Shown: positions 1 to 11,495, numbered from the stretch's first letter. The stretch is 64,000 nt of DNA from an uncultured Spirochaetota bacterium (GCA_963783575.1 CAWAOD010000003.1:1-64000); one strand, 5' to 3'. Numbers and translations are program-made. Notes: generated from the sequence alone by a model not told the origin.

Positions 1-690
1 AAGCTTGGCGATTAGTTCCTTTCCTGTGCCGGTTTCCCCCGTTATCAGAATTGGTCTTGATATTAGGACCACCTGGTTTACTTTATCAACAACTTCCTGC
101 ATTTCCTGGCTCCTAAAAACAATGGTGTTTTTATCATCAAGAAGCTTTTCCTGTCTTTGGGATATATGGACAGTCAGTTTTTCCACCTCATCTTCGATAC
201 GGCTTTTAATCGCGTTAGTCCGTTCATACAACCTGGCATTTTCTATGGAGATGGCAGCCTGGTCGTATTCGCTTCCAGAATTTCCACATCCTCGCTTGAA
301 AAAGAGAGAAACGGATAAGGGATTATCAAAATAGCAGACACCTATGATTTTTTCATGGCGCTTGATAGGAATACAGAGGATAGATTTCAGTTCGTACTAA
401 TAACGCTGTTGAATTCCGATAAATTTTCGGCTTTCCCCGCGTTGGCCGAAAGAATAACCTCACCCGTATTGAAAACTTTCTCGACAATATTCATAGAGAA
501 CTGGTCCTGCCGGAAAGGCGGAATGTCTTTGTCCTTGTAATCATGGATATCGGATTTGACGCGCAATTCCAGAATGCCGCTTTCTTCGTTTTTTATGAAC
601 AAGTAACCTCTCTGAGCTCCGATCGTCTCCATAGCCAGGGATACGATATTATTAAGAAGCTGGTCGAGATGAAGGATTGAAACTTACGGT
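1..690 (-). CDS. Frameshifted C-terminal continuation of the 652..4578 kinase: GAF domain followed by start of a sigma-54 activator AAA+ domain (runs off window)
   Basis: Removing one T near 680 joins ...VTQTVS to SILHLDQLLNNIVSLAMETIGAQRGYLF (GAF); further shifted pieces read LKSILCIPIKRHEKIIGVCYFDN, QAAISIENARLY, and SQEMQEVVDKVNQV..RPILITGETGTGKELIAKL (sigma-54 Walker A). Confidence 0.8.
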
Positions 691-3600
691 TTGAGTTACT
701 TTTATTATCGAGGACAATCTTTCTCTATTCTTTAAATGTTGAATGGAATCGACGGCTTCTTCCTCCCGGCCATTTTCACTAATTCCAAGAATATCGGAAA
801 CCCTTTTTAAATAGTCTGCGGACCCGATTTCCTTGAAAAGAATGTAAGCGGATTCAAGGTTTTTTTTGGCTTCCCCGAATTTTCCTGTGTTTTTCAGAAA
901 GAGCGCGTACTCATAATGGCTTTTTCCTGATTCGTATTTTTGGCCCAATCGGTCTGCAAGTTGGATGCTTTGTAAAAATAGTTTTTCTGCTTTCTGTATT
1001 TTTCCGGTCAAAGTGTAATATTTGCCGCTCACTCTCAATGCTTCCGTATAAAGAACCAGCCAGGATTTTGTTTTATGGAGGGCTTTATTAGTGATTTTTT
1101 TTATAGGGATAAGGTTCTCTGTCAAGGCAATCTTTTTGATTGAAGTATCATGATTAAATTCTTTTTTATATTTTTCTATTAAAGTGTCCGCAAGAGAGGG
1201 ATAAACATATTCGGAGTATTGTTTCAGGAAATGGTTCTTCTCGTTGATATTCCTGGATTCATTCAGATACTCGATGGATTTGTCATAATCTTTCATTTCC
1301 TTATAAATTCTTCCAAGATTTAATGTTGTGAAACACTTAACAAAGTCAAATCTGTTTCCCTCAATTATTTTTAATACTTCATCATAGTCATTTATGGCTG
1401 ATTGATAATCTCCCTTAATGTAGTCGATCAGGGAATAGTGATCCAGAACATTGCATTTACCATTATTATCATTCAATTGCCTGCTGATATTAAAGTACAA
1501 TTGAAGAAATTCCATACCTTTACTGCAGTTACCCCGGTAAATATGATTAAGAGACAGCCCGTTATAAACCATACTCAGTTCCCACAAATCGCCTATTCTT
1601 TTAAATATCGTTGCACTTTCTTCGAAATAGCGGCTGCTTGTTTCAAACTCGCCTTTCCATTGGTAACAAAAACCTAACCACATAAGGGATTGGGCACATC
1701 CCCAAGTGTCGTCCATCTCTTTCCTGTACTCCAGGGCCTTATTGTGGAACTTTATCGCCTGCTTAAACAGCGGAACGGCCATACAGACACTGGCGAATCC
1801 GCCAATGCATACACTAAGCTCTGTAGAATTTCCTATTTTACTTTCGGACAGATTCAATATCCTTAAGGTTGTGCTGACTGATTTCAATACATCCGTCAGG
1901 AAGTACATCCAGGTCAGACTCTTATAAAAGCCAATAATCAGTTTATATTTATCTTCTTCAGGGTTTCTTTTTTTTCTGAAGAAGAGTGCTGGAAAGAAGT
2001 TATGTAAATTGTGCAGGATCAATTCCTTTAAAATTCTCAGAATTACGAAAGCATTCCTGATCGGCAGTTTTTCTCCCAGTATGGATAAACCGATCCTTCC
2101 GTATTCTTCGCAATTTCTCCAATCCCCTTTTTTAAAATAGGCTTCGCTTGTCTTTTTGTACACATCAGCAATATCAAGTTTAGTGCTGATAAAAGAAAGT
2201 AATCTGTTATTGATTTCTATAGCTTCATCGTTTTTTCCTATAATCAGGTAAATTTCACTGATATTTTTATTAGTGTTGACCCATAATTTTCTTTCCTCTT
2301 TTATTTTTTTCTCAGCCAGGGTATTAACCTGTAAAAAATATTTTAATGCTTCTTCATAGGCAAAGTTTTCCTTGGCTTTCAGGCCTGCGGGGTATCCGTA
2401 TTCCAGGATCTTCGCATCATTTTTACCTTCAATATAATGATAGATCAAGTCAAAGACAATTTTATCCTTTTCATTCGGATATAAACTTTCCAGCATCATT
2501 CCTATCTGCATATGCAGGCCTTTCTTTTCTTCCTCGCCAAGTTTCCTATAAAACGCTTCCTTTATTCTGTCATGCGCAAAAAGTATTTTCCCATTTTCCT
2601 GCAAATCCTCCTCCAGCAACTGGAGATGAATAGCCCTGTCCACTATCCCGATAATCTCCGATGCTTCGTAATCCAGAAGACGAAACAGCACTTCCACATC
2701 AAACTTTCTTCCGATGACCGCAGCAAAAGACAAAACGCGGGATTCTTTATCACTGAGTAATGAAATCCTCTTCATAACAACATCTAATATCGTGGGAGCT
2801 ATCTTGGTCTTATCCAGAATTTCCTGATCGATTACCCAGCCTTTCTCTTTGTAATAAATCACTTTTTCATCTACAAATTGTTTTAATATTTCAATCGTAA
2901 AGAATGGATTACCTTTACTTTTCTGATAAATAATTCCGGATATTTCATCAATATTTTCTTCTTTTGCGTACAAAAGCGAACTGACAAAACTGTCATTCAT
3001 AGTTTTGTTAAAAGTTTCCAGGTAAATTTCAGTAAAAAGACGCTTGCTTTCCAGCGCTTCCTTCCGATACACGCTTACCCGGTGTTCATAATTAACTTCA
3101 TCGTTCCGGTATGTCCCGACAATCAGGAGCGGGTATTTGCCCATCTCTTCCGATAGCTCGCTTAAGAGATCCATACTTCCATCGTCAACCCATTGCAGAT
3201 CGTCCAGCAATAGTACCAACCCATTTTCTACAATGCTCAGGTTCAATATAAACTGGGCTGCAACCATCAAAAACCGTTTCTTCTCCCTTTCCGCCTCCAG
3301 CCTAACCAATTCTTCGCTGTTTTCAAAGATTACCGAAAACGAGGCACTCAATTGAAGAATAATTCCGCTCAGATTTCCTGTCATTTCGATGAGTTCATTT
3401 TTAATTTTCAGTTTTTTTTCATCAGGGTAGTCCTGGTATATCTTTAAATAGATATTAAGGGCATCTTTTATTGCTCCGTAAGGGGTCTTGCTTTTTCCCG
3501 AAAAACATTTGCCATAAATAAAAAGCCCTCCTATGGAATAAACGAAGCTTCTTAATTCCTCTACGAGTCTTGTTTTTCCTTTACCCGCCTCACCGCTGAT

Positions 3601-4578
3601 CAGGCAGACATTACCTTTATTATCCAGCGCTTTGCCATATAAGCTCATTAGATTTTTTAGTTCCGCTTCGCGGGATATCAGCCCGGTTTTAAACGAAAGC
3701 CTTATCTGTTTGTCATTCAACCCCAGAGGAAAATTATGCATGCCTTTTTGATATTTTTCCAGATCGTCCATTAGTCCTTTAGCGGACAGGTAACGGTTAT
3801 CCGGTTCTTTTTCCAGGAGTTTCAATATAATACTTTCAAGTATTTCAGGAATAACCGTATTGTATTTAGAGGGAGGATCGGGAAGCATGGCAATCTGCTG
3901 GTGGATAATAGAGCTGATGCTCGTTACTTCAAAAGGCAAAACTCCGGTAAAGAGCTGGTATAAAATAATGCCCAGGGAATATAAATCGCTTCTCTCATCA
4001 ATGCTTCTCCTTGTAACACCGAAATGCTCCGGCGACATATAGCTGAAAGTGCCGGCGATCTCTTCCTGTTCCTTTATCGACGAAAACTCTTTTACAAGCG
4101 CCATTCCAAAATCAATGATCGTGATATGGTAATGACCCGCTTCCGCTGGATTGACCATAATATTCCCTGGCTTTAAATCCCTGTGGACAATGTTCATAGG
4201 ATGAATATAGTCCAGTGCCCGGCATATCTGCAGTGTAATTTCAATAATTTCGTTTTCCTTAAACCTATTCCCATTTTGGAGCAGTTTACCCAGGCTTTTC
4301 CCCGGAACATATTCCATTACAATGTAATTTTCACCCTCGTATTCCCCTGTTTCATAAATTTTAACAATGTTCGGGTGGTCCAAACGCGATAATATTGAGG
4401 CCTCATTCCTGAACCGTATAATATCTTCAATCCGGTTGGATATATTTTCTTTCTTTAATGTTCTCAGGACGACTTCCTTTTTATCAACAGAATCAAAAGC
4501 AAGATAGACACGAGATATGCCGCCTTCGTCAATCATCTTTGTCACTTCATAGCGGTTTTGAATTACTTTTCTTATCAA
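652..4578 (-). CDS. Ser/Thr protein kinase - AAA/STAND ATPase - TPR multidomain signalling protein (N-terminal part)
   Basis: HRDLKPGN, DFG, GTFSYMSPE, SDLYSLG kinase motifs; GEAGKGKT Walker A, LLLDDLQW Walker B, KGNPFF, FAHDRI; helical TPR-like repeats; TTG start with AAGGGG RBS. Confidence 0.92.
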   Translation of the reverse strand: MIRKVIQNRYEVTKMIDEGGISRVYLAFDSVDKKEVVLRTLKKENISNRIEDIIRFRNEASILSRLDHPNIVKIYETGEYEGENYIVMEYVPGKSLGKLLQNGNRFKENEIIEITLQICRALDYIHPMNIVHRDLKPGNIMVNPAEAGHYHITIIDFGMALVKEFSSIKEQEEIAGTFSYMSPEHFGVTRRSIDERSDLYSLGIILYQLFTGVLPFEVTSISSIIHQQIAMLPDPPSKYNTVIPEILESIILKLLEKEPDNRYLSAKGLMDDLEKYQKGMHNFPLGLNDKQIRLSFKTGLISREAELKNLMSLYGKALDNKGNVCLISGEAGKGKTRLVEELRSFVYSIGGLFIYGKCFSGKSKTPYGAIKDALNIYLKIYQDYPDEKKLKIKNELIEMTGNLSGIILQLSASFSVIFENSEELVRLEAEREKKRFLMVAAQFILNLSIVENGLVLLLDDLQWVDDGSMDLLSELSEEMGKYPLLIVGTYRNDEVNYEHRVSVYRKEALESKRLFTEIYLETFNKTMNDSFVSSLLYAKEENIDEISGIIYQKSKGNPFFTIEILKQFVDEKVIYYKEKGWVIDQEILDKTKIAPTILDVVMKRISLLSDKESRVLSFAAVIGRKFDVEVLFRLLDYEASEIIGIVDRAIHLQLLEEDLQENGKILFAHDRIKEAFYRKLGEEEKKGLHMQIGMMLESLYPNEKDKIVFDLIYHYIEGKNDAKILEYGYPAGLKAKENFAYEEALKYFLQVNTLAEKKIKEERKLWVNTNKNISEIYLIIGKNDEAIEINNRLLSFISTKLDIADVYKKTSEAYFKKGDWRNCEEYGRIGLSILGEKLPIRNAFVILRILKELILHNLHNFFPALFFRKKRNPEEDKYKLIIGFYKSLTWMYFLTDVLKSVSTTLRILNLSESKIGNSTELSVCIGGFASVCMAVPLFKQAIKFHNKALEYRKEMDDTWGCAQSLMWLGFCYQWKGEFETSSRYFEESATIFKRIGDLWELSMVYNGLSLNHIYRGNCSKGMEFLQLYFNISRQLNDNNGKCNVLDHYSLIDYIKGDYQSAINDYDEVLKIIEGNRFDFVKCFTTLNLGRIYKEMKDYDKSIEYLNESRNINEKNHFLKQYSEYVYPSLADTLIEKYKKEFNHDTSIKKIALTENLIPIKKITNKALHKTKSWLVLYTEALRVSGKYYTLTGKIQKAEKLFLQSIQLADRLGQKYESGKSHYEYALFLKNTGKFGEAKKNLESAYILFKEIGSADYLKRVSDILGISENGREEEAVDSIQHLKNRERLSSIIKVTQTVSFNPSSRPAS

Positions 4579-5161
4579 ATTATTACCCCTTTCAGTAATA
4601 AAGTATAACTTGATTTTGACTCTATGGCAAAATAAGATTCAAAATGTAGGTACAATATTTATTTTAACCTTCACTTCTCCCCTTCTCTGCTATACAAAGT
4701 ATTGTTAGGCAGATTATATCCATAATATTTTAATAATAAATAAATAAGGTTTTTATCAATTGCAATCTACTTTTTAAGAATATTGTATGTGGTAAATAAT
4801 CCATGGATTTCCTTTACTTTTTTCAATGGTATACAGACGTTGGGTAAGGCTTCGGGGCGGGGTTGTCTAAAATAAAAGTGGTAATAAGAATTACCAGTTT
4901 CTTTGATCTTCTCATAACCTGTATGATCCGTTTTTGATGTTTTCAGTATTTCCAATAAATATTTCCTGAATATTTTCGTTGCAACTGCGAAAAAAAGATC
5001 TTCCTTATTTAAAAAATAGATTTTAATGAAAAGATTCTACCGTTTAGCTGCAAGAAAAAACTGTTCTAAAATTCCAATAGAAAAATAAAAACAGTATTGA
5101 ATTCTTTGATGAGTATAAATATCGATTCAAATGCAAACTTAAATGAAAAAAACCAGATGAT

Positions 5162-7168
5162 TTAACGCTGTTCCAAGTTCAGATAATAGGCGGTTAAATA
5201 TAGAATTATATATTTTATGATCGACTCTCGATCTTTAATAACTTTTAATATATCATCAGTTAAAACCATATCCTCAGCCTCTTTTTTAATTGTATCCGCT
5301 GATGGTAGCCGGATGGAACGCATTCTCTTGCTAATCTTTTCATGGACAATTTTAAGGTTTTGTTTGCGGTTTTCTTTGGAAAGAGCCATGTTCCAACGGT
5401 TCTCATAATAATTCATCATTTCGTAAATATCTTTATCGCCAATCAAAGAATTTTTAAATTCCTTCATGTTTATAATAATTGATCCGATATTTTCTTCTTG
5501 AATTCCTTCTTCCGGTTTATTGCTATCAATATTTTTACTATTTTTGACTTTTAAATTATCTTTCTTTTTAACAGTTTTTCTAATTTTATTATCCTTGAAA
5601 TATTTTCCTAAAAACTTTAACAAATCCATAATTGTCTTTAAAATTGAAATGTTTAACTTGAATGGAATTCTTGATTTAGCATCCTCTAAAAATACAATAT
5701 AATCCAGTTTTAAAATATCGCATAATGGTTTGAGAGGAGGTGTGGAAGAAATTTTTATATCATCAACCATAAAAAAACGCCGGATTTGCGGGGCTATCTG
5801 AATATCATGGGAAGCCTGGAATACAAGTTGGGAATAAAGAAATACCGGGTTCTTGAGGATGTAACCAATAATTATGTCTTTAATTGGAAAATTATTTTCA
5901 ATAAACTTACTGAAAGCATCTTTAGATTTCATAAAAGGTTCATTCAAAAACCTCGAAGGGTCCTGATTAAGACGATTAATTAATTCCTGCCTTGTCTGAT
6001 AAGATATTGTATCAATTCTTGTTATAAAATATGCATAAAAATGTTTTTGATGAATATAAAAAGTCTCATCCTGAATCTTTACTGGAATAATAATTTGGGA
6101 ACCATCAAGTTGCGGTATAGAATAATTGAGTAAGAATTTGTCGACAATATCGAAATAATCCTTTTCCGGATATACTTTAAGTAATTGATTTCTTTCCCGG
6201 ATTGCTGACAGATTTTTCTTATCAAAAAAAATCGCATGAGATTCCATTGCGTTTAATAGAATGTCTATTATTTTGTCTATGACAATCTTTTTTTGTTCCT
6301 GTTCGCTTTGAATAACGGATAAAGCTTTAATTATTTCAGTTGCCTGCACTATTACCTGATTTGTTCCTTCCGGATTAAGGTTTAATAATATTTCATTGCT
6401 CAGTGTAGCATAAAATTGTGGCGATCTCTCGACATTGCGGACTAAATCCTCCGGCGAATTGAAGTCAATCATACTCGGGTATTGATGTTTCATCTTCATA
6501 AGTATTTGAGCGGCAAATTCTTTTGAATTAATAATATAACGGCGGATTCTTAAAAATGATTTCTCAAAAAGCCCGGCAATTTTATCTGTGGGAATAAAAA
6601 TAGCTCCCGTCATCGGCAATACTAATTTAATAATTGAACCGCTCTTTGATAATTCCTGAGCTTTTTCCGGAGTTAATTCCTTAATATCTATCTTGGGAAT
6701 ATTATCAGGTAATCCCGCTAAATGCAATCCTTCGGCAAACGGAAAAGGTTTATTTTCGTCTTTGTCCATATCATCATAATCTTTTATAATATTATCGATT
6801 AATTGCTGAACTTTTTCATCACTGATCGCATCAGGATTGATCATGATAATTCCAATAATTTTATTGTCTTTGATATCAATTTTACAATAGTTATATTTAT
6901 ATAAAGCATGGCAAAGCTTATTAACTACTGAAGAAATAGTAGTTTCATTCTTAAGAGAACTATTTTGAATATGCAAGCCGAATTCTTTTATATAATTAAA
7001 AATACCCGGAATCGGTATATAGGATGTGTTGTTTTTTTGAGTGTAATCGATCATAGCGAGAAAAATATCTCTGTCATTATAATCAAAAAAATTTAAATAA
7101 TGTAAAATGTCTATTTTTTTCTTTTCATCATACTTTACCCAATCGGGGATTTTATCATATTCCTCCAT
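5162..7168 (-). CDS. Hypothetical cytoplasmic protein (~668 aa)
   Basis: Long uninterrupted ORF, GGAG RBS before ATG at 7168; no recognisable motif. Confidence 0.75.
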   Translation of the reverse strand: MEEYDKIPDWVKYDEKKKIDILHYLNFFDYNDRDIFLAMIDYTQKNNTSYIPIPGIFNYIKEFGLHIQNSSLKNETTISSVVNKLCHALYKYNYCKIDIKDNKIIGIIMINPDAISDEKVQQLIDNIIKDYDDMDKDENKPFPFAEGLHLAGLPDNIPKIDIKELTPEKAQELSKSGSIIKLVLPMTGAIFIPTDKIAGLFEKSFLRIRRYIINSKEFAAQILMKMKHQYPSMIDFNSPEDLVRNVERSPQFYATLSNEILLNLNPEGTNQVIVQATEIIKALSVIQSEQEQKKIVIDKIIDILLNAMESHAIFFDKKNLSAIRERNQLLKVYPEKDYFDIVDKFLLNYSIPQLDGSQIIIPVKIQDETFYIHQKHFYAYFITRIDTISYQTRQELINRLNQDPSRFLNEPFMKSKDAFSKFIENNFPIKDIIIGYILKNPVFLYSQLVFQASHDIQIAPQIRRFFMVDDIKISSTPPLKPLCDILKLDYIVFLEDAKSRIPFKLNISILKTIMDLLKFLGKYFKDNKIRKTVKKKDNLKVKNSKNIDSNKPEEGIQEENIGSIIINMKEFKNSLIGDKDIYEMMNYYENRWNMALSKENRKQNLKIVHEKISKRMRSIRLPSADTIKKEAEDMVLTDDILKVIKDRESIIKYIILYLTAYYLNLEQR

Positions 7169-7520
7169 AAAAAACTCCAATTTATAATTATTAATAAGAA
7201 AAAATTAAAATCCCACTGGCAGAAATTCTAATCTGCAAGTTAAATATTGTCAAAAAAGGTATCACTTTCAAAATTTCCTGTGAGCATAGCTGCGATGGAT
7301 TGGAATTTAATAATTCTACAAAAAATGCAAATCTGGAAATTGGGTTAGCAGGCTTTTGATGGCCCTGATTGTCTCAATTTTAAATATGGCCAACCCCTAC
7401 CTTTCGGGAATCATTGTTGACAGGGTAATCATCGGCGGGCAGAGGAATCTGCCGGCCATCATACTGTAAGTGATGATCGGAGTAAATGTTATTAAGTTTC
7501 TGCCTATTTTTGCCGCATCA

Positions 7521-9353
7521 TTATGTTTTTGTATTAATTTGGTTTATTATTAACTTAACCCTGAATGTTGTTCCCTCTCCTACTTTGCTTTCAACTTCAA
7601 TAACACCATTATGTTTTTTGATTATTTCATAACACAAACTTAATCCCAGTCCCGTCCCTTTCCCAGCTTCCTTGGTAGTGAAAAAAGGTTCAAAAATATG
7701 CTTCATAACTTCTTCTGTCATTCCTGAACCAGTATCGGATATTTCAATAGCAATTTGCTCTCCGACTTTTTTAGTAATGATTGTGATACTGCCCCCATCC
7801 GGCATAGCGTCAACAGCGTTACTGCATAAATTTACTATTACCTGTTGTATCTGATTTTTATTTGCCATAAAATATGGCAAGTCAGCACCATATGCTTTGA
7901 TGACTTCAACATTCTTCACTTTTGCTTGCGCTTCTATAAATGACAATGTTTCATCAATTGTCTCATTTATTTCTATAAATTCAAACTGGGTTATTCCCTT
8001 TCTTGAAAAAGTCAATAAATCTATCACCAGATTCCTGCAACGTATCGCTTCCCGTTCTATTGTTTTCAAGGGCTTATATAACGGTTCTTCTTCTTTAATT
8101 CGTTTTATAATACTTTGAGCAAATCCCAGTATTACGCCCATGGGATTGTTTATCTCATGAGCCACTCCGCCTGCCAGCTGTCCCACAGCCGCCATCTTCT
8201 CAGACTGAATCAGCATTACCTGAGCTGTTTTCAGTTTGTCATACGCTTCCTGTAACTCCTGTGCCCTTTCATGAAGTGCTTCGGTACGGATTTTCTCGGC
8301 GGCAAGCTCCTTCTCCTTATTCTGTAGCATTAAAATCTCGCGCATATCCCGGGCTACTCCCACAAAGCCTAATAAATTACCCTCTTTATCTTTCATTTTA
8401 GAGACTGAAAGGCTGACAGGAATATCTTCACCATCTTTTGTATGTAAGAAAATATTATGTTTATTGAATGATTCCTTTTCATTAAGAAATTGGATCGCAT
8501 CTTCTTTGAAAAACAACTTTACAGGACCCCCGGTTATTTCTTCCCTAGTATAACCAAGCAATTTCAATGATGCATGGTTTACCTCAATGATCTTTCCTTC
8601 AATGTCTATAAGGATTAAAGAATCACTCATGGTTGAGAGAATATCTGATGCTGCATAGGCGGGGGTAAGAGTCATTAATCTGTATTTTGTTATAGCATAT
8701 ACAATTCCAATTGCCCAGATTAAAGAGAAAACATCCCCTAACTGAGGTATGGAATTTACATTTAAATTTGGAAGCAATATATCAGTAATTGCGCCCATAA
8801 TTATTGGAATGATACCTGTAATAACAATAATAACCGCCTGTTTTTTCTCATAACTATACTTAGCTTTTTTAATGGAAAAATAACCCAAAGAAATTGAAAT
8901 AAACATAAATGAAAAGTAATAAGCATAAAAAATATAGCTCCAGATTGAAGTTAACCAGATATTGCTCCATCCGTAAGGTTCTATGATATTATCATTGATA
9001 AGATATCCTGTCCATTGTTTATAAATAAATGATACCATAATAATCAAAATTATGAGATATAAATACCATTTCTTTAATATTTTTTCTTTTCTGGTAAAAA
9101 CAAGAGCAAACCATAAAGAGAAAGCCGGGAAACTGCACCAGCCAACAGAAGAAATATTTTGCCATAACATGGCTATTTCTTCATTTTTGGCAATATCATA
9201 ATAAGCAGTGGAGAAATTCCAAATAGCAAAACAGCCTAATAGTAAAGAGCAAGTTCTGTTTAGCATAGATTTTGGATTTTTATACAATACATAAATTATC
9301 AAAAATAAAAAAAACATGGAAGATGTATATTGAATTAAAAACAAGATATTCAT
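7521..9353 (-). CDS. Membrane sensor histidine kinase (HisKA_7TM-type N-terminus, PAS, HisKA, HATPase)
   Basis: ~7 hydrophobic helices; PAS (LIDIEGKIIEVNHASLKLLGY); AHEINNP H-box; NLCSNAVDA, DTGSG, FFTTK, GTGLGL. Confidence 0.93.
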   Translation of the reverse strand: MNILFLIQYTSSMFFLFLIIYVLYKNPKSMLNRTCSLLLGCFAIWNFSTAYYDIAKNEEIAMLWQNISSVGWCSFPAFSLWFALVFTRKEKILKKWYLYLIILIIMVSFIYKQWTGYLINDNIIEPYGWSNIWLTSIWSYIFYAYYFSFMFISISLGYFSIKKAKYSYEKKQAVIIVITGIIPIIMGAITDILLPNLNVNSIPQLGDVFSLIWAIGIVYAITKYRLMTLTPAYAASDILSTMSDSLILIDIEGKIIEVNHASLKLLGYTREEITGGPVKLFFKEDAIQFLNEKESFNKHNIFLHTKDGEDIPVSLSVSKMKDKEGNLLGFVGVARDMREILMLQNKEKELAAEKIRTEALHERAQELQEAYDKLKTAQVMLIQSEKMAAVGQLAGGVAHEINNPMGVILGFAQSIIKRIKEEEPLYKPLKTIEREAIRCRNLVIDLLTFSRKGITQFEFIEINETIDETLSFIEAQAKVKNVEVIKAYGADLPYFMANKNQIQQVIVNLCSNAVDAMPDGGSITIITKKVGEQIAIEISDTGSGMTEEVMKHIFEPFFTTKEAGKGTGLGLSLCYEIIKKHNGVIEVESKVGEGTTFRVKLIINQINTKT

Positions 9354-9842
9354 AATTTCCCTGAATTTAAGATTTTCTAACAATGCTATTATTATATAAA
9401 GCAGTAGGTGCAGGCGGGCGATAACCAAGAGAGCTATACAACCTACATAATTATATTCCTTCCTTCATCTGTCTGTCAATATTTTTGCTTTCAAGGGTAT
9501 CAAACAGCTCCATATTAAGCGGTTTAATATAAAGAGCTAACAATAACTCTTTTTAGCCATTTCCATAGCACCTTGGCTTAAAATTTCGAAAACGTTGTCA
9601 CTTTGTATATTCCAGTGGTCCTTGTTCTATTAAAAGCTCCGATAATCGGTCAATTACATATGTAAAGGAATTATAATAGACTCCCAATCAGTTCAACACA
9701 AAATTACAATCTTCGCATATGACTCCAAAATATCTTTATAAAAACAGCATATGGGATTTGTATAGTGTCGAAAACACTTCGGATTTCGCACCAAACATCC
9801 ACTCCTAATATTAATACTGACTAAAATATTCCAAAAAGACTA

Positions 9843-9888
9843 TTGACAATTTGAAACTCTTGATTTAAAATAATGTAAACGCTTAACA
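9843..9888 (+). promoter_or_regulatory. Sigma-70 promoter with LacI-type operator for the FGGY/gatD/gatZ/fucU operon
   Basis: TTGACA 9843-9848, 17 bp, TAAAAT 9866-9871, then TGTAAACGCTTAACA 9874-9888. Confidence 0.8.
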
Positions 9889-9944
9889 TAATAGGTTTAT
9901 TATATAACATTTACTTTATAAAATAAAATAGGGAATGATTGTAA

Positions 9945-11444
9945 ATGAAAGATTTTATTTTGGGAATCGATCTTGGAACTTCAGGGTGTAAGGCTGTGCT
10001 TTTTGATTTAGACCTTAAAATTGTTTGCAGCTCAAACAGCGCTTTCCAGACTACCTATCCTCAAAAAGGATGGGCTGAGCACAATACAGGTCAATGGTGG
10101 CAAGGAGTGCTTAAATCTATTAAAGAAATTATATCAAAAAGTAAGATCAATCCTGGAAATATAGCCGGAATAGGTTTTGATACTATGTCACCCGTAGTAT
10201 TACCGGTTGATGATAAAGGCAACGCATTAACTCCGGCGTTGATCTGGATGGACAGAAGAGCCGAAAAACAGGCTCATTGGCTTGAGGATAATTTGAAAGA
10301 ATCCATATTAAAAATAAACGGCAACCATATAGATCCCTCTTTTATGGCTTCAAAAGTTCTATGGATTAAGGAGAATGAACCTGAGATTTATAAAAAAACG
10401 CGTTTTTTCCTTCATGCGAATGGTTATCTTGTTCATAAATTAACGGGTCAGTTTAGCATGGACCGTTCCCAATGCGGTTTAAGCCAGCTATGTGATACGG
10501 CGAAGGGTGAATGGTCTGAAGAACTGATCAGGAATTGCGGATTGGATATTGAAAAAATGCCGCCGATGTTTGATAGTTTTGATATTGTAGGGAAAATAAC
10601 CGGAAAGGCCGCAAAAGAATCCGGATTAAAAGAAGGAACCCCTGTGGTAGCCGGGGCAATGGATAATGTGGCAGCCGGTTTAGGCGCTGGCGTTTATAAA
10701 AAGGGGCAAGTTTATGTATCCGCCGGTACTGTGACCAATGCGGGCGTTTGTATTGACAAACCCGTTTACAAAGAAGAGATGCATATTTATCATCATATTG
10801 TACCGGGGATGTGGCTTACCGTCGGCGGAGTTGATTATGGCGGCGCGGGTATAAAGTGGTTTAATGAAATCCTTGGAGAAAAAGATTATATTGAAATAAC
10901 AAAGCTTGCTAACACTTCTTCTTATAATGAAGATCCGTTGATTTTTTTACCGTATATGGTTGGGCAGAGAGCCCCAATATGGAACAATAATACCCGCGGA
11001 GTGATATTCGGATTAAGCCCTTCGACAAATAAACAAAATCTTGTTCGTATGCTGATGGAAGGTACTGCTTATGGTACAAGAAAAATTCTGGAGATTGTTG
11101 AAAAAGAAAAAATAGAGATAAATCAGATAAAGATGACTGGCGGCAGTACCAATATTGAAGCCTGGGTACAATGCTTTGCGGATATTAACAAAAAGGAGAT
11201 TGAAGTCCCCGGTGAAATGGATGTTGCTCCTCTTGGCGCTGCTATAACGGCGTGTTATGGGGTAGGAATCAATAGGAATTTTGAAGATTTGATTGGAAAA
11301 ATTACTGTGAGCGGGAATTATAAGCCGAAACCCGGTAGAACGGATTATTATGATAAAATGTTCCAGATTTTTTCCCGGCTGTATGACAATGTCCTCCCGG
11401 TTTATGAAATGCTTACCGATTTGAATCAGACAAATAAAATGTAA
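9945..11444 (+). CDS. FGGY-family carbohydrate kinase (xylulokinase-like)
   Basis: GIDLGTSGCK, PQKGWAEH, LIWMDRRA, FLPYMVGQRAP, TGGST motifs. Confidence 0.92.
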   Translation: MKDFILGIDLGTSGCKAVLFDLDLKIVCSSNSAFQTTYPQKGWAEHNTGQWWQGVLKSIKEIISKSKINPGNIAGIGFDTMSPVVLPVDDKGNALTPALIWMDRRAEKQAHWLEDNLKESILKINGNHIDPSFMASKVLWIKENEPEIYKKTRFFLHANGYLVHKLTGQFSMDRSQCGLSQLCDTAKGEWSEELIRNCGLDIEKMPPMFDSFDIVGKITGKAAKESGLKEGTPVVAGAMDNVAAGLGAGVYKKGQVYVSAGTVTNAGVCIDKPVYKEEMHIYHHIVPGMWLTVGGVDYGGAGIKWFNEILGEKDYIEITKLANTSSYNEDPLIFLPYMVGQRAPIWNNNTRGVIFGLSPSTNKQNLVRMLMEGTAYGTRKILEIVEKEKIEINQIKMTGGSTNIEAWVQCFADINKKEIEVPGEMDVAPLGAAITACYGVGINRNFEDLIGKITVSGNYKPKPGRTDYYDKMFQIFSRLYDNVLPVYEMLTDLNQTNKM

Positions 11445-11495
11445 ATTAAGCAAAATTTTGGGATCACTCATTATAAAAAAATGGAAGGTATTAAA

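Noticed and set aside
4767..4990. Small ORF, possibly an IS4-like transposase remnant (LITTFILD; KEIHGLFTTYNIL)
   Set aside because: Similarity too short and weak to support without a search
9500..9810. Possible decayed gene or sRNA between the 7TM kinase and the FGGY operon
   Set aside because: Only a 20-codon ORF after a GGAG on the minus strand; no recognisable motif or strong structure
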